A DNA stretch of 64,000 nt from Rhodobiaceae bacterium (GCA_024639515.1 JAHEIG010000001.1:19904-83903), one strand, 5' to 3'; positions 49,638 through 61,403 are shown, numbered from the stretch's first letter. A program made the numbers and translations. Notes: generated by a model not told the origin, from the letters alone.

Positions 49638-50066
49638 CTATTTATTGCTGAGGCGGATGACGATTTGGATGCCGTCTGTCTGGTAGCCGGATGGCGGCTT
49701 GGGCAAATCGCCCATGACAATCTCGTCTTGATCAATGTCAATCAAGCGGGCTTCGCTCTCGACATAGAAATGATGATGTTCTTCCAGATTAGTGTCAAAA
49801 TAACTCCGCCCTTGGTCGATAATGACCTCATGCAGCAGACCAGCTTTATGGAATTGATTGAGCGTGTTGTAAATCGTCGCCTGCGACACCCGCAAACCAG
49901 AACGAGACGCCTCGTCAAACAAGATTTCGGCGGTAATGTGGCGGTTGCCGGCACCAAATAGCAGATGCGCCAACAGAATGCGCTGCTTGGTGGTGCGCAG
50001 ACCTGCAGAGCGCAGTTTCTCACTGAGATTAGCTTTAACTTGGCTGGAAAGGGACAGAGGCGCCAT
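49638..50066 (-). CDS. irr: Iron response regulator Irr (Fur family)
   Basis: Strong resemblance to rhizobial Irr: AGLR.T.QR, ITAE, ATIYNTLNQF, YFDTN and the HHH motif (EEHHHFYVE). Divergent from fabA, as in many alphaproteobacteria. Confidence 0.85.
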   Translation of the reverse strand: MAPLSLSSQVKANLSEKLRSAGLRTTKQRILLAHLLFGAGNRHITAEILFDEASRSGLRVSQATIYNTLNQFHKAGLLHEVIIDQGRSYFDTNLEEHHHFYVESEARLIDIDQDEIVMGDLPKPPSGYQTDGIQIVIRLSNK

Positions 50067-50086
50067 GAAACACACGTTATTTGAAA

Positions 50087-50103
50087 GTTAAAATCATTCT
50101 AGA
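50087..50103. promoter_or_regulatory. Weaker ICE-like site in the irr-fabA divergent spacer
   Basis: GTTAAAATCATTCTAGA matches the ICE consensus at 14 of 17 positions. 21 nt upstream of the irr ATG. Confidence 0.35.
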
Positions 50104-50204
50104 AAATAAATATTCCCTGCCGCGCTGTCAAGTGTCGAATATGCTTGGGCTGCCTTGGGCACCATGTTAGTTTCGAGACTTATTAAATAGGGAAGTTAAA
50201 ACTC

Positions 50205-50717
50205 ATGTCCGGCCAAAATTCATATAATTATGACGAACTCATCGCCTGTGCCAATGGCGAACTTTTTGGCGAGGGCAATGCCCGCCTGCCAGCACCACCA
50301 ATGCTGATGTTCGACCGGATTACGCAAATTAATAGTGATGGCGGCAATTACGGCAAAGGCGCGATTGTTGCCGAGCTGGATGTGAAGCCTGATCTGTGGT
50401 TTTTCGAGTGTCACTTCCGCGAAGATCCGGTGATGCCCGGTTGCCTCGGCCTCGATGCGATGTGGCAGCTCATTGGGTTTTATCTCGGTTGGGCAGATAA
50501 CCCAGGCCGTGGCCGCGCGCTGGGCTCCGGCAAGGTGAAGTTTACCGGCCAAGTGATGCCAGATGTGAAACTGGTGCGCTATGAAATTGACATTAAGCGC
50601 ATGATGACCGGTCGTCTGGTTATGGGCATTGGCAACGCCCGCCTATTCGCAGATGATGAACTCATCTACACAGCAGAAGATTTGCGGGTCGGCCTGTTCC
50701 GTCCCGAACAAATGTAA
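50205..50717 (+). CDS. fabA: 3-hydroxydecanoyl-ACP dehydratase/isomerase
   Basis: 170 aa. [37 protein letters not shown]. Confidence 0.95.
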   Translation: MSGQNSYNYDELIACANGELFGEGNARLPAPPMLMFDRITQINSDGGNYGKGAIVAELDVKPDLWFFECHFREDPVMPGCLGLDAMWQLIGFYLGWADNPGRGRALGSGKVKFTGQVMPDVKLVRYEIDIKRMMTGRLVMGIGNARLFADDELIYTAEDLRVGLFRPEQM

Positions 50718-50736
50718 TCAACACCAAGGATATAAA

Positions 50737-51948
50737 ATGCGGCGCGTAGCAATTACCGGAATTGGAATTATTTCCAGCATTGGCAATAATGCCGACGAAG
50801 TAGCGGCAAGCCTGAAGGCTGGCCGTTCGGGTATCACAAAAGCCGAAAAGCATATTGAGTTGGGGTTCCGCAGCCAAGTTGCCGGACAACCGAGCTTCGA
50901 CATTGACGCCAATATCGACAAGCGCAACCGCCGCTTTATGGGCGATGGCGCGGCGTGGAATTTCGCCGCCATGGAACAAGCGATTGCCGATGCCGGTCTC
51001 GAAACCGACGATATTTCAAACCCGATGACCGGCCTGATTATGGGCTCGGGTGGACCGTCGACCAAAGCTCTGATTACCGCAGCCGATACGGCGCGCAATG
51101 CCAGCCCAAAACGGGTCGGGCCTTTTGCCGTGCCCAAATGCATGTCGTCAACCAATTCGGCGACACTGGCCACACCGTTCCAGATTAAGGGCATTAACTA
51201 TTCCATCTCATCGGCTTGTGCGACTTCTAATCACTGCATCGGCAATGCCGCTGAAATGATTCAATGGGGCAAGCAGGATGTGATGTTCGCCGGTGGTGGC
51301 GAAGAGCTGGACTGGGCCTTGTCGGTTCTGTTTGATGCCATGAGCGCTATGTCGAGCAAATATAATGACACGCCGGGCAGCGCCAGCCGCGCCTATGACG
51401 CCAATCGCGATGGCTTTGTGATTGCCGGTGGCGCCGGTGTTCTGGTGCTTGAAGAAATGGAACGGGCGAAAAAACGCGGCGCCAAAATCTATGCCGAAAT
51501 TACCGGCTATGGCGCCACCTCAGACGGCCACGATATGGTGCAGCCATCTGGCGAAGGGGCTATTCGTTGCATGCAAATGGCGATGAAAGACCTCGACTGC
51601 CCGATTGACTATATCAACCCGCACGCCACCTCGACTCCGATTGGCGACATTAAAGAAATCGAAGCGCTGCGGACATTGTTCGGCGCCGATTGCCCGCCAA
51701 TTAGCGCGACCAAATCATTGACCGGTCACTCGCTGGGCGCGGCCGGTGTGCAGGAGGCGATCTATTCGCTGCTGATGATGCGCGATAATTTCATCGCCGC
51801 CTCAGCCCATATCGAAACGCTTGACCCAGACTTCGCCGATATGCCGATTGTCCAACAGCGCCGCGATGATGTGAATTTAAACTGCGTGATGTCCAATGGC
51901 TTCGGCTTTGGCGGCACCAATGGCACATTGGTGATGAAAAAAGTTTAA
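50737..51948 (+). CDS. fabB: Beta-ketoacyl-ACP synthase I
   Basis: [18 protein letters not shown], active-site SSACATS, and the [14 protein letters not shown] motifs. AAGGA RBS before ATG 50737. The track ORF start at 50629 lies inside fabA. Confidence 0.93.
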   Translation: MRRVAITGIGIISSIGNNADEVAASLKAGRSGITKAEKHIELGFRSQVAGQPSFDIDANIDKRNRRFMGDGAAWNFAAMEQAIADAGLETDDISNPMTGLIMGSGGPSTKALITAADTARNASPKRVGPFAVPKCMSSTNSATLATPFQIKGINYSISSACATSNHCIGNAAEMIQWGKQDVMFAGGGEELDWALSVLFDAMSAMSSKYNDTPGSASRAYDANRDGFVIAGGAGVLVLEEMERAKKRGAKIYAEITGYGATSDGHDMVQPSGEGAIRCMQMAMKDLDCPIDYINPHATSTPIGDIKEIEALRTLFGADCPPISATKSLTGHSLGAAGVQEAIYSLLMMRDNFIAASAHIETLDPDFADMPIVQQRRDDVNLNCVMSNGFGFGGTNGTLVMKKV

Positions 51949-51970
51949 GCCGCTTTTTCAAAACCTAAGC

Positions 51971-52016
51971 AAATAAAAACCGCCGCATGGATCTCCCACG
52001 CGGCGGTTTATTTTTG
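51971..52016. terminator. Bidirectional intrinsic terminator between the convergent fabB and pnp genes
   Basis: AAACCGCCGC (51977-51986), a 13-nt loop, GCGGCGGTTT (52000-52009). A perfect 10-bp stem flanked by AAATAAAA and ATTTTTG. Confidence 0.75.
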
Positions 52017-52037
52017 TCAGCTTAAAGACCCGACGAC

Positions 52038-54164
52038 TTAGTCGTCAGAGTCTTTTTTCGCTTCAAGGTCTTCACCAGTTTCTTGATCGACCACTTTCAT
52101 CGACAAGCGAACCTTACCGCGATCGTCAAAGCCCATCAGCTTCACTTTCACTGTGTCGCCTTCTTTCACAACATCGGTTGTGTTTTCGACGCGCTTATCA
52201 GCCAGTTGCGAAATATGCACCAAACCGTCGCGCTTACCGAAGAAGTTGACGAAAGCGCCAAAGTCCATGGTTTTCACAACAGTGCCTTCATAAATCACAC
52301 CAACTTCTGGCTCGGCAACGATTGAATTAATCCAATCCAGTGCCGCGCGGATGGCTTCGCCATCTGATGATGCCACTTTAATCAGGCCGGTGTCACCAAT
52401 ATCAATTTTGGCGCCAGTTGTTTCAACAATCTCACGAATGACCTTGCCGCCGGTACCGATAACCTCACGGATTTTATCCTGAGGTACCTGAATGGTTTCG
52501 ATTTTCGGTGCGTACTCGCCCATTTCTTCGCGGGCTTCGGTGAGAGATTTAGCCATTTCACCAAGAATGTGGACACGGCCACCTTTGGCTTGGTCAAGCG
52601 CGACCTGCATAATCTCTTCGGTGATGCCGGTGATTTTAATGTCCATTTGCAGCGAGGTAATACCATCGGCCGTACCAGCTACTTTAAAGTCCATGTCACC
52701 AAGGTGATCTTCGTCGCCGAGAATATCTGACAAGACAGCGAAACGATCGCCTTCTTTGATCAGACCCATGGCAATACCTGCAACTGGTTTTTTCAGCGGC
52801 ACACCGGCATCCATCATCGCCAAAGAAGAACCGCAAACGGTCGCCATAGACGACGAGCCGTTCGACTCGGTGATTTCAGAAACCAGACGCAATGTGTAAG
52901 GGAACTCGTCCTTGCTTGGCAGCATCGCTTTCAGCGAACGCCATGCCAATTTACCGTGACCAATTTCGCGGCGACCGGTAAAGCCTACACGACCCGTCTC
53001 ACCAACAGAGTATGGCGGGAAGTTGTAATGCAGCATGAAGTTTTCGCGATATGTGCCTTCCAGCGCATCGACGAATTGCTCATCATCGCCTGTGCCCAAA
53101 GTGGCCACGACGAGGGCTTGCGTTTCACCACGAGTAAACAGGGCAGAACCATGTGTCCGTGGCAGCACGCCAGCTTCAGCAACAATCTGGCGCACATCGG
53201 CCAGACCACGACCATCAATACGTTTTGAGGTATCGAGGATACCGCCACGCACAATGTCGCTTTCAACTGATTTGAAAGCACTTGAAACAGCGGTGCGCTC
53301 ATCAGGGGATGCGTCTTCAGCAACCAATTCAGCGTTCACCGTGTCGCGCAATTCAGCGATTGCTGATTGGCGGCTTTGTTTGTCGGCTTGTTGGTAAGCC
53401 GCTTCGAGACCAGAGCTGGCCAGACCAGAAACTTTTGCTTTCAGTTCTGAATCATCTGTTTGCGGCACTTCGCGTGGCTCTTTGGCAGCTTTTTCTGCCA
53501 TCCGCACGCATGCGTCAATCACTGGCTGGAAGCCTTTGTGACCGTGCATCACGGCGCCAAGCATGACATCTTCTGACAATTCATTGGCTTCTGATTCAAC
53601 CATCAGAACCGCGTCAGACGTACCAGCCACCACAAGGTCAAGCTCGCTGTCTTCCATTTGGTCCAAGGTTGGGTTGAGCACATATTCGCCGTCAATAAAG
53701 CCGACGCGGGCGCCACCAATTGGGCCTTGGAAAGGAATGCCTGAAATTGTCAGGGCGGCAGAAACCGCAACCATGGCAACAACATCTGCATCATTTTCCA
53801 AGTCATGGCTGATGACGGTGGCAATCACTTGCGTTTCGTTTTTGAAACCTTTGACAAAAAGCGGACGAATTGGGCGGTCAATCAAACGAGAGACCAGTGT
53901 CTCTTTTTCGCTTGGGCGTCCTTCGCGCTTAAAATAGCCGCCGGGTACTTTACCCGCCGCATAAGCTTTTTCCTGGTAGTTCACCGTCAGTGGGAAAAAG
54001 TCGAGGCCCGGTTTCGGGCTGCGGTCGGCAACAACGGTTGCCAGAACACTTGTTTCGCCATAGGTCGCCAGAACGGCACCATCGGCTTGGCGTGCAATAC
54101 GCCCTGTTTCCAATACGAGCGGACGTCCGCCCCAATCAATTTCTTCTCGTGTAATATTAAACAT
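52038..54164 (-). CDS. pnp: Polyribonucleotide nucleotidyltransferase (PNPase)
   Basis: Two RNase PH domains plus KH and S1 domains. Start taken at ATG 54164 ([16 protein letters not shown]). Confidence 0.97.
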   Translation of the reverse strand: MFNITREEIDWGGRPLVLETGRIARQADGAVLATYGETSVLATVVADRSPKPGLDFFPLTVNYQEKAYAAGKVPGGYFKREGRPSEKETLVSRLIDRPIRPLFVKGFKNETQVIATVISHDLENDADVVAMVAVSAALTISGIPFQGPIGGARVGFIDGEYVLNPTLDQMEDSELDLVVAGTSDAVLMVESEANELSEDVMLGAVMHGHKGFQPVIDACVRMAEKAAKEPREVPQTDDSELKAKVSGLASSGLEAAYQQADKQSRQSAIAELRDTVNAELVAEDASPDERTAVSSAFKSVESDIVRGGILDTSKRIDGRGLADVRQIVAEAGVLPRTHGSALFTRGETQALVVATLGTGDDEQFVDALEGTYRENFMLHYNFPPYSVGETGRVGFTGRREIGHGKLAWRSLKAMLPSKDEFPYTLRLVSEITESNGSSSMATVCGSSLAMMDAGVPLKKPVAGIAMGLIKEGDRFAVLSDILGDEDHLGDMDFKVAGTADGITSLQMDIKITGITEEIMQVALDQAKGGRVHILGEMAKSLTEAREEMGEYAPKIETIQVPQDKIREVIGTGGKVIREIVETTGAKIDIGDTGLIKVASSDGEAIRAALDWINSIVAEPEVGVIYEGTVVKTMDFGAFVNFFGKRDGLVHISQLADKRVENTTDVVKEGDTVKVKLMGFDDRGKVRLSMKVVDQETGEDLEAKKDSDD

Positions 54165-54385
54165 ACGTTTTCCTATCAAAGCGGGGGGCGATACGTTTCC
54201 TTGCCTTACCCGCCAAGCCATAACAGCCCTATTGCTGTCTCATGGCCGTGTCGAGAACCTGTCGAAAGACCAAGCCGGTTCTCAGTCGTTTTAGTGTCAT
54301 CTCGCCATCGCCCCATGCGACAGCAAAACATATCTGGCTTGTCGATATGTTGGCACTGGCCCCACACAGTGAGGCCAGCCCAAAA

Positions 54386-54655
54386 TTAACGCCGCAATCC
54401 GAGCTTTTTAATAATGCCCTGATAGCGTTCCTCATCGCGGTCTTTGACATAGTCAAGCAGACGACGACGCTGAGAAACCATTTTCAAAAGGCCGCGCCGC
54501 GAATGGTTATCCTTGGCATGGGTTTTGAAATGTTCCGTCAGATTGGAAATACGTTCTGAAAGAATGGCAATCTGCACTTCAGGTGACCCAGTGTCACCGG
54601 CGGCGGTTGCGTGCTCTTTAATAAGCGCTTCTTTGCGCTCTGCTGAAATCGACAT
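54386..54655 (-). CDS. rpsO: 30S ribosomal protein S15
   Basis: 89 aa. [38 protein letters not shown] lies 5 nt before ATG 54655. Confidence 0.95.
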   Translation of the reverse strand: MSISAERKEALIKEHATAAGDTGSPEVQIAILSERISNLTEHFKTHAKDNHSRRGLLKMVSQRRRLLDYVKDRDEERYQGIIKKLGLRR

Positions 54656-54683
54656 CACAACTCCTTCTTGGCCCGAGGCCAGA

Positions 54684-55619
54684 TTAGAGGTTAAAAACCC
54701 GCAGAGGCTTCACGGTCATCGCGTCGATCCAGCCAATCGCAACCGGTTGATGGGCACAATGCACATAAACCACTTGCCCCGGATCAATGGTCTCACCTTG
54801 CGGCTCAACCAAAGTTTGCGGAGATACGGCCTGCCCCTGCCTAATGCGTGACGCTTGTGTGTCGTTAACGGCCAACGCCGGGATGTCGTCCAGCGGGGTC
54901 GCTAATGGCAGCAGACAAGCGTCCAGAGCAGCCAAATCGAGCGCACTATGGCCCAAAAGCTCAAGTTTTTCCAGCCCTATTGCGTTTTTTTCGTCAAATG
55001 CCCCAACCCGCGTCCGGCGCAACCGGGTGACATGGCCGAAAGTCCCTAAAAACTGCGCTAAATCGCGGGCCAGAGAGCGGATATACACGCCTTTGCCACA
55101 GGCGACATGCAGGTCTATTTGCGCCTCGGCGGGGCTGTCGAGCAGCTCAATCGCGTCAATCCGCACACGGCGCGGAGCTAAATCGACGGTTTCGCCAGCC
55201 CGCGCCAACGCATAGGCGCGCTTGCCGTCTTTGCGGATGGCCGAGAATTGCGGCGGAATCTGGTCAATCTCGCCAGTGAAATGCGGCAACGCGTCGACCA
55301 CTTGCTGACGCGATGGCAAGTGGTCGCTGGAGGCGATTACCTCACCCTCAAGGTCGTCCGTATTGGTCGCCGTGCCCAGCGCGATGCTCACGTCATAGGC
55401 TTTGGCGGCATCTTGCATAAAGCTGACGGTTTTCGTCGCCTCGCCCAAAGCAATCGGCAAAATGCCAGTGGCCAGCGGGTCGAGCGTGCCGGCATGACCG
55501 GCTTTATTGGCATTGAATAAGCGGCGAATGGCGGAGACGGCAGTGGTCGAGCCCATTTCCAGCGGTTTATCGAGATTGACCCAACCGCTAATGGCGCGCC
55601 CTTTTTTGCGTCGCCCCAT
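54684..55619 (-). CDS. truB: tRNA pseudouridine(55) synthase
   Basis: [12 protein letters not shown], the catalytic [12 protein letters not shown] motif, and a PUA-like C-terminus. The ATG overlaps the rbfA stop (TAATG). Confidence 0.93.
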   Translation of the reverse strand: MGRRKKGRAISGWVNLDKPLEMGSTTAVSAIRRLFNANKAGHAGTLDPLATGILPIALGEATKTVSFMQDAAKAYDVSIALGTATNTDDLEGEVIASSDHLPSRQQVVDALPHFTGEIDQIPPQFSAIRKDGKRAYALARAGETVDLAPRRVRIDAIELLDSPAEAQIDLHVACGKGVYIRSLARDLAQFLGTFGHVTRLRRTRVGAFDEKNAIGLEKLELLGHSALDLAALDACLLPLATPLDDIPALAVNDTQASRIRQGQAVSPQTLVEPQGETIDPGQVVYVHCAHQPVAIGWIDAMTVKPLRVFNL

Positions 55620-56035
55620 TACTCACCATCTTCACTTTGGGTGTCGCGGGTGACCGGCTGCGAGGCCAAAAGCGCATCCATTTTCAAGGCCGCCTCAAAA
55701 CTACCATCGGGGGCGAAAATAATATCCGGCGTGAATTTCAACCGCATTCCCGACAGGGCCGATTTTTTCAGCCGTGGCACTTCGGCGTTCAACAGCTCAA
55801 CAATCTTCGCCAAATTCTCGCCGCCCAGCGGCATCACATAGGCAGTGGCGTGGCGCAGGTCTGGGCTGATGCGTACTTCGGTGACGCTAATCACCGCGCG
55901 CTTCAGAATTTTTGCTTCAAAGTCGGCCTTTTGCAGCACCTCGCTGAGCCGGTGGCGCAATAGCTCACCGACGCGCAACTGGCGTTGGCTGGGCGGTTTG
56001 CCTGCAATATTCTTTTTGCCAGATCCGGCAGCCAT
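55619..56035 (-). CDS. rbfA: Ribosome-binding factor A
   Basis: SQRQLRVGELLRH..S, VTEVRISPDLRHATAYV. 138 aa. Confidence 0.9.
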   Translation of the reverse strand: MAAGSGKKNIAGKPPSQRQLRVGELLRHRLSEVLQKADFEAKILKRAVISVTEVRISPDLRHATAYVMPLGGENLAKIVELLNAEVPRLKKSALSGMRLKFTPDIIFAPDGSFEAALKMDALLASQPVTRDTQSEDGE

Positions 56036-56046
56036 CTCAAACGCGC

Positions 56047-58503
56047 CTAGTCGTCCAAAGTCCGAGCGACTTCTTCGACTTCATAACATTCGATAATGTC
56101 GCCGGCTTTCAGGTCGGTATATTTCTCAAATGCCATACCGCATTCTTGACCCGAATTGACCTCTTTCACTTCGTCTTTAAAGCGCCGCAGAGAACTCAAC
56201 TCGCCTTCATGAATAACAATGTCATCGCGGATCAAGCGGACTTTGGCACCACGGCGCACAATACCGTCGCGCACGCTACACCCAGCCGCTTTCTCGCCTT
56301 TACCAAAGGCAAAGATTTCCAGCACTTCGGCTTTACCCAGCGCGGTTTCGCGCAAGTCCGGCGACAGCATGCCAGCCATCGCGGCTTTCAAATCATCGAC
56401 CAAATCGTAAATTACATTGTAGTAACGAATTTCTGTGCCCGTCGCATCGGCGGCGTCGCGTGCTTGGCCATTGGCCCGCACATTAAATCCGACAACCACC
56501 GCATTAGAGGCTGAGGCCAAGGTCACATCGCTTTCGGTGATGCCGCCAACCCCGACATGCACGGCGCGGGCGGTGACTTCGTCATTGCCGAGTTTTTCAG
56601 CCGCTTGCGCGATGGCTTCGACCGAGCCTTGCACATCGCCTTTAACGACCAAGGCCAGCTCTTTCACTTCGGCGTCTTTCAACTGTGTCATCATCTGATC
56701 CAGCGAAGCCACGCGTGGGGCGGTTGTGCTGGTTTTCTGACGGGCTGTACGGCTGCGATATTCGGCCACTTCACGGGCCCGGGCTTCATTTTCCACGACC
56801 GAGAAAATCGTACCGGCACCTGGTGCGCCACCGGCGCCCAGCACTTCCACCGGCACTGATGGCCCAGCTTCTTTAATCTGCTCTCCGCGATCATTAATCA
56901 GCGCCCGCACACGGCCAGACTCGCTGCCGACCACGAAAATATCTCCAACCCGCAAAGTGCCGCGTTGCACCAGAACCGTCGCCACGGCGCCGCGTCCTTT
57001 GTCCAATTTGGCTTCAATGACAACGCCTTCGGCATCGCGATCTGAGTTGGCTTTCAGTTCCATCAACTCGGCTTGCAGCGCCACCGCTTCCAGCAGGTTA
57101 TCGAGACCGTCGCCGGTTTTGGCAGACACTTCAATCATTTGCGTATCGCCGCCCATTTCCTCGGAAATCACTTCATGCTGCAGCAATTCGTTTTTCACCC
57201 GCGTCGAGTCGGCTTCTGGTTTGTCGATTTTGTTAATCGCCACAATAATCGGCGCTTCCGCCGCTTGCGCGTGGTTAATCGCTTCAACAGTTTGTGGCAT
57301 CACGCCATCATCAGCGGCGACCACCAGAATAACAATATCCGTCACCCGTGCCCCGCGTGCGCGCATGGCGGTAAAGGCTGCGTGGCCCGGCGTATCAATA
57401 AACGCAATGACATCGCCATTCTTGGTGGTTGTTTGGTAAGCACCAATATGTTGGGTAATACCACCAGCTTCGCCATCGGCGACTTTGGCCTGACGCAAAG
57501 CATCGAGCAGCGAGGTTTTACCGTGGTCAACGTGGCCCATCACCGTCACCACAGGGGCGCGCGGTGATTTGTTTTCTTCCGCATCATCGTCGCCGACAAT
57601 ACCGATTTCAATATCACTATCCGACACGCGTTTCACCGTGTGGCCGAATTCTTCGGCGACAATCTGCGCGGTATCGGCGTCAATGACGTCATTGATTTTC
57701 AGCATCAAGCCTTGTTCCATCAGCACTTTGATAACCGCGACGGCGCGTTCTGCCATACGGTTGGCCAGCTCCTGAATGGTAATGGTTTCTGGCAGCTGAA
57801 CGACACGCGAGACTTTCTCGGTGTTTTCATTGACGTTTGATTGACGCTTCTCGCGTTCGCGGCGGCGTTTAATCGACGCCATGGAGCGCACCCGCTCCTC
57901 ATCGTTCAACGCATCATTAATTGTCAGCTTACCGGCGCGGCGACGGCGTTCACCTTCGCGGCGGTCGGCCGGACGTTTATTTTCCGGACGCGGCTTGGCT
58001 TCTTCGCGACGGGCTGGCGCGGCTTTGGCCGGTGCCTCAGAAGGGGCTACTTCGGCGGCGGTTTTCTTATCAGCTTTTTTCTTCTCGCGGGCTTGTTCTT
58101 CAACCCGGCGGGCTTCTTCAGCTTCTTGAATGGCGCGTTCTTCGGCGCGTTTTTGCGCGTCAATTTCGGCTTGTTTGGCTTCTTCTACGGCGCGCACTTT
58201 GGCTTCGGCAACCGCTGCCAAACGTTTTTCTTGCTCGGCCTTAGACAGACCATCCGGCACATTGACCGCCTCTTGGGCAGGGGCTGGTGCTTCGGGGGCT
58301 GGTGCGGCTTCAACGACGGCTTGCTCTTCCGTGCTGCCGGGTTTGACGGTGCGCTTGCGGCGGCGTTCCACCACAACAGATTTACTGCGGCCATGCGAAA
58401 AGCTCTGGCGTACCTGACCAGACTCAACAGTCCGTTTAAGGCTCAGTGTTTTTCCGCGTGGGCTATTGCCTTCGCCTTCATCGCCTTGGTTTGTATCGCT
58501 CAT
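56047..58503 (-). CDS. infB: Translation initiation factor IF-2
   Basis: Charged A/E/K/R-rich N-terminal region. G domain ([21 protein letters not shown]). C-terminal domains. The ATG overlaps the ylxR-like stop (ATGA). Confidence 0.97.
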   Translation of the reverse strand: MSDTNQGDEGEGNSPRGKTLSLKRTVESGQVRQSFSHGRSKSVVVERRRKRTVKPGSTEEQAVVEAAPAPEAPAPAQEAVNVPDGLSKAEQEKRLAAVAEAKVRAVEEAKQAEIDAQKRAEERAIQEAEEARRVEEQAREKKKADKKTAAEVAPSEAPAKAAPARREEAKPRPENKRPADRREGERRRRAGKLTINDALNDEERVRSMASIKRRREREKRQSNVNENTEKVSRVVQLPETITIQELANRMAERAVAVIKVLMEQGLMLKINDVIDADTAQIVAEEFGHTVKRVSDSDIEIGIVGDDDAEENKSPRAPVVTVMGHVDHGKTSLLDALRQAKVADGEAGGITQHIGAYQTTTKNGDVIAFIDTPGHAAFTAMRARGARVTDIVILVVAADDGVMPQTVEAINHAQAAEAPIIVAINKIDKPEADSTRVKNELLQHEVISEEMGGDTQMIEVSAKTGDGLDNLLEAVALQAELMELKANSDRDAEGVVIEAKLDKGRGAVATVLVQRGTLRVGDIFVVGSESGRVRALINDRGEQIKEAGPSVPVEVLGAGGAPGAGTIFSVVENEARAREVAEYRSRTARQKTSTTAPRVASLDQMMTQLKDAEVKELALVVKGDVQGSVEAIAQAAEKLGNDEVTARAVHVGVGGITESDVTLASASNAVVVGFNVRANGQARDAADATGTEIRYYNVIYDLVDDLKAAMAGMLSPDLRETALGKAEVLEIFAFGKGEKAAGCSVRDGIVRRGAKVRLIRDDIVIHEGELSSLRRFKDEVKEVNSGQECGMAFEKYTDLKAGDIIECYEVEEVARTLDD

Positions 58504-59066
58504 TCGCTTTCACTCCTGTTACCCCCGTGCTGTGACCCAAGATAGGCCGACAGACGGTTCGCTTGCTGCTGGATGCGTTGCGCCCAGTCACCATCTGTAA
58601 CCGCCGCATGTATCACATTTGCGCCGCCAAAAGCCAAGCACAATTGTTCGACAGAAAAAGCCTCAATCACGGTTAAGTGCCGTGCATCGGCGCGGGAGGA
58701 AAGCTGTTTCCGCCCATTTTCTGCCCCATCATGTGCCGCCAACAACATCGCCACACGCTGGTTTTTCAGTGCCGCGTCCACTTTCGTGAAACCTAACACA
58801 ATTTTTCCTGCCTTGCGGGCCAATCCCATCAGAGACAAGGCCCGCTTTTCCAGAAGAACCGCCACTTGATCGGCCAATGCTTGCGGCACGTTCAACCCGT
58901 CTTGGTCTTCCAACTGGGCCACCAATCTATATTGATTGAGAACCCAAAAGCTGTCGCCCGGCAGTTTCTCTGCCAAATCCGGTGTTACCACACCATCAGG
59001 GGCCACAACAAATCGCAACATATCGGCCGTATCAGCCTCAATACCGGATACCCGACACAGTTGCAT
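58500..59066 (-). CDS. YlxR (DUF448)-like RNA-binding protein fused to an L7Ae/YlxQ-like domain
   Basis: N-terminal CRVSG...MLRFVV...PD pattern. C-terminal half [23 protein letters not shown]...[11 protein letters not shown] resembles YlxQ/L7Ae. Sits between nusA and infB. Confidence 0.7.
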   Translation of the reverse strand: MQLCRVSGIEADTADMLRFVVAPDGVVTPDLAEKLPGDSFWVLNQYRLVAQLEDQDGLNVPQALADQVAVLLEKRALSLMGLARKAGKIVLGFTKVDAALKNQRVAMLLAAHDGAENGRKQLSSRADARHLTVIEAFSVEQLCLAFGGANVIHAAVTDGDWAQRIQQQANRLSAYLGSQHGGNRSESE

Positions 59067-59080
59067 GACGCTATCCGGCG

Positions 59081-60772
59081 TTAAACAGCCGGAGCCTCGT
59101 CATTAGAGCTGGCTTCCGGCGCCTCAGACGGGGCTGCGTCAGCCGCTGCTTCACTGGCTTCTGCCTCGGCTTCGGCTCGCGCTGCCGCTTCGGCTTCGGC
59201 TTTCATCGCATCAAGCTCTTCCTGCGTCACCCAACCGGCTTTCACGCGCGATTGCATAATCAAGGCTTCCGCCTCATCGGCAGAAATGTCAAAGCCGTCG
59301 AGAATACCGTCCTGACGCACCCGCTTGCGCTCAACCGTTTCAAACCAACCGGTCAAATCATCGGTCACGCAACCGGCGAAATCTTCCAATGTCTTAATAT
59401 CATTTTCACCAAGACGCACCAACATGGCGGGTGTCAGACCCTCAATACCGGCGACGTCGTCGCTGACGCCAAGTTCTTTGCGTTGCGCGTCAAACGCTTC
59501 GTTTTCGCGGTCGAGATAATCGCGGGCACGGTTTTGAATTTCTTCCGCCGTGTCATCATCAAAGCCTTCGATATAGGTGATTTCTTCAAGCGGCACATAG
59601 GCCACTTCTTCTACTGAAGCAAAACCTTCCGAGGCCAGAAGCTGGGCAATCATCTCATCCACATCAAGCGCACCCATGAACAATTGTGTGCGTTCGCTAA
59701 ACTCGGTCTGACGACGCTCGCTTTCTTGCGCTTCGGTCATAATGTCAATGTCCCAACCGGTCAGCTGAGAGGCCAGACGTACATTCTGACCACGGCGACC
59801 AATCGCCAAGCTCAGTTGCTCATCAGGCACCACCACTTCGATGCGCTGCAAGTCTTCGTCGAGCACCACTTTCGCCACTTCGGCAGGGGCCAGAGCGTTG
59901 ACGATAAAGGCGGCGGCATCTGGCGACCATGGAATAATATCCACTTTCTCGCCCTGCAATTCATTGACCACAGCCTGCACACGGCTACCGCGCATACCGA
60001 CGCAAGCGCCGACCGGATCAATACCCGGGTCATTGGAAATAACACCAATTTTAGCACGACTACCGGGGTCACGGGCGACCGAACGAATTTCAATCACGCC
60101 ATCATAAACTTCCGGCACCTCTTGCATGAACAATTTGGCCATGAAAGACGGGTCGGTGCGCGACAGAATAATTTGCGGGCCACGCTGTTCGCGGCGCACA
60201 TCGCGGATATAAGCGCGAATACGATCTCCCGGGCGGAACACTTCGCGCGGGATCAGATTGTCACGCCGCACAACCGCTTCGCCACGGCCCAGATCAAGCA
60301 CCACATTGCCGTATTCGACACGCTTCACCACGCCATTGATAATTTCACCAACCCGGTCTTTGAATTCTTCATATTGTTGCTCGCGCTCGGCTTCGCGCAC
60401 GCGCTGCACAATCACCTGTTTGGCGGCTTGTGTGGCGATGCGGCCAAATTCCACCGGCGGCAATTCGTCGATAATCTCATCGCCAATTTGTGCTTCGGGG
60501 TTTTCGCGTTGGGCGACTGGCAGCGATACTTGCGTATCGTCATTCTCGACCAATTCCACAACCTGCACGGCGCGCAGCAAGCGGGTTTCACCGGTTTTCG
60601 GGTTAATATCGACACGAATGTCGTTCTCTGCCCCGTAACGGGCTTTCGCCGCTTTCTGGATAGCATCGGCCATGGCCGATAAAACGATGTCGACCTCGAT
60701 GCCTTTTTCGCGTGCGACAGCATCTGCGATTTGAAGCAATTCGAGTTTATTTGCACTAATACCTGTGGCCAT
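59081..60772 (-). CDS. nusA: Transcription termination/antitermination factor NusA
   Basis: N-terminal, S1, KH1/KH2 and acidic C-terminal repeat domains. ATG 60772 follows GGAG. The track ORF extends to 60799. Confidence 0.96.
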   Translation of the reverse strand: MATGISANKLELLQIADAVAREKGIEVDIVLSAMADAIQKAAKARYGAENDIRVDINPKTGETRLLRAVQVVELVENDDTQVSLPVAQRENPEAQIGDEIIDELPPVEFGRIATQAAKQVIVQRVREAEREQQYEEFKDRVGEIINGVVKRVEYGNVVLDLGRGEAVVRRDNLIPREVFRPGDRIRAYIRDVRREQRGPQIILSRTDPSFMAKLFMQEVPEVYDGVIEIRSVARDPGSRAKIGVISNDPGIDPVGACVGMRGSRVQAVVNELQGEKVDIIPWSPDAAAFIVNALAPAEVAKVVLDEDLQRIEVVVPDEQLSLAIGRRGQNVRLASQLTGWDIDIMTEAQESERRQTEFSERTQLFMGALDVDEMIAQLLASEGFASVEEVAYVPLEEITYIEGFDDDTAEEIQNRARDYLDRENEAFDAQRKELGVSDDVAGIEGLTPAMLVRLGENDIKTLEDFAGCVTDDLTGWFETVERKRVRQDGILDGFDISADEAEALIMQSRVKAGWVTQEELDAMKAEAEAAARAEAEAEASEAAADAAPSEAPEASSNDEAPAV

Positions 60773-60845
60773 TATGATCTCCTGCCTATGGCTGCCCATC
60801 TGGGCTGGTTATGGTTTGTCGGACATCCGACGGATCGTTTAATCT

Positions 60846-61403
60846 TTACTTCTGTTTATTCAGTTTCTTACCTTTGCTGGCCCGCAAAGACGCATCAAAC
60901 GCGTCATTATCCGGCACCAAGCGGGCTTCGGCGACATCGGCCAATTGGAAGCCCAAAATCTGTGGCGTGTCGAAGCCGCTCAGCGTCACTTCAAGGCGCG
61001 CCTCGCCATCTTCAAAACCCTCAATCAGCCCACGGAACCGGCGCTGGCCTTCGACCGCGTGCAATAGTTCCAATTTGGCCTCTTGCCCAACCCAGCGTTG
61101 GAAATCAACCGGACGGGTCAACGGACGCGCCGCCCCCGGTGACGACACCTCCAAGGCGTAAGCCCCGCTTATCGGGCTTTCCACATCCAACACGGCAGAC
61201 AGGTTCCGGCTAATTGTCTCGCAATCGTCAATCCGCAACTCGCCTTCATTGTCATCGGCCATAATCTGCAAAATCATCTTAGTGCCTTCGCCGGTTATGC
61301 GAATGCGCACCAAATGAAAACCAGCGTCTTCGACGACGGGCTGAACAATATCCAATAATGGCCGAGCTGGTCCCGGAGCCAATAAATGGGCAATGTCTTG
61401 CAT
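60846..61403 (-). CDS. rimP: Ribosome maturation factor RimP
   Basis: 185 aa immediately upstream of nusA. The pattern (GFHLVRIRI, LEVSSPG..RPL) is typical of RimP. Confidence 0.9.
   Translation of the reverse strand: MQDIAHLLAPGPARPLLDIVQPVVEDAGFHLVRIRITGEGTKMILQIMADDNEGELRIDDCETISRNLSAVLDVESPISGAYALEVSSPGAARPLTRPVDFQRWVGQEAKLELLHAVEGQRRFRGLIEGFEDGEARLEVTLSGFDTPQILGFQLADVAEARLVPDNDAFDASLRASKGKKLNKQK

Noticed and set aside
57841-58545. 234-aa + strand ORF antisense to infB, with similar long antisense ORFs at 59684-60682 (nusA), 43672-44364 (cysK), 20848-21486 (RND), 29221-29835 (gyrB), 12321-12884, 10835-11428 and 17893-18405
   Set aside because: All lie opposite confidently identified genes. 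Their composition is low-complexity and Arg/Gly/His/Pro-rich, typical of GC-rich antisense frames. None has an RBS or family motifs.
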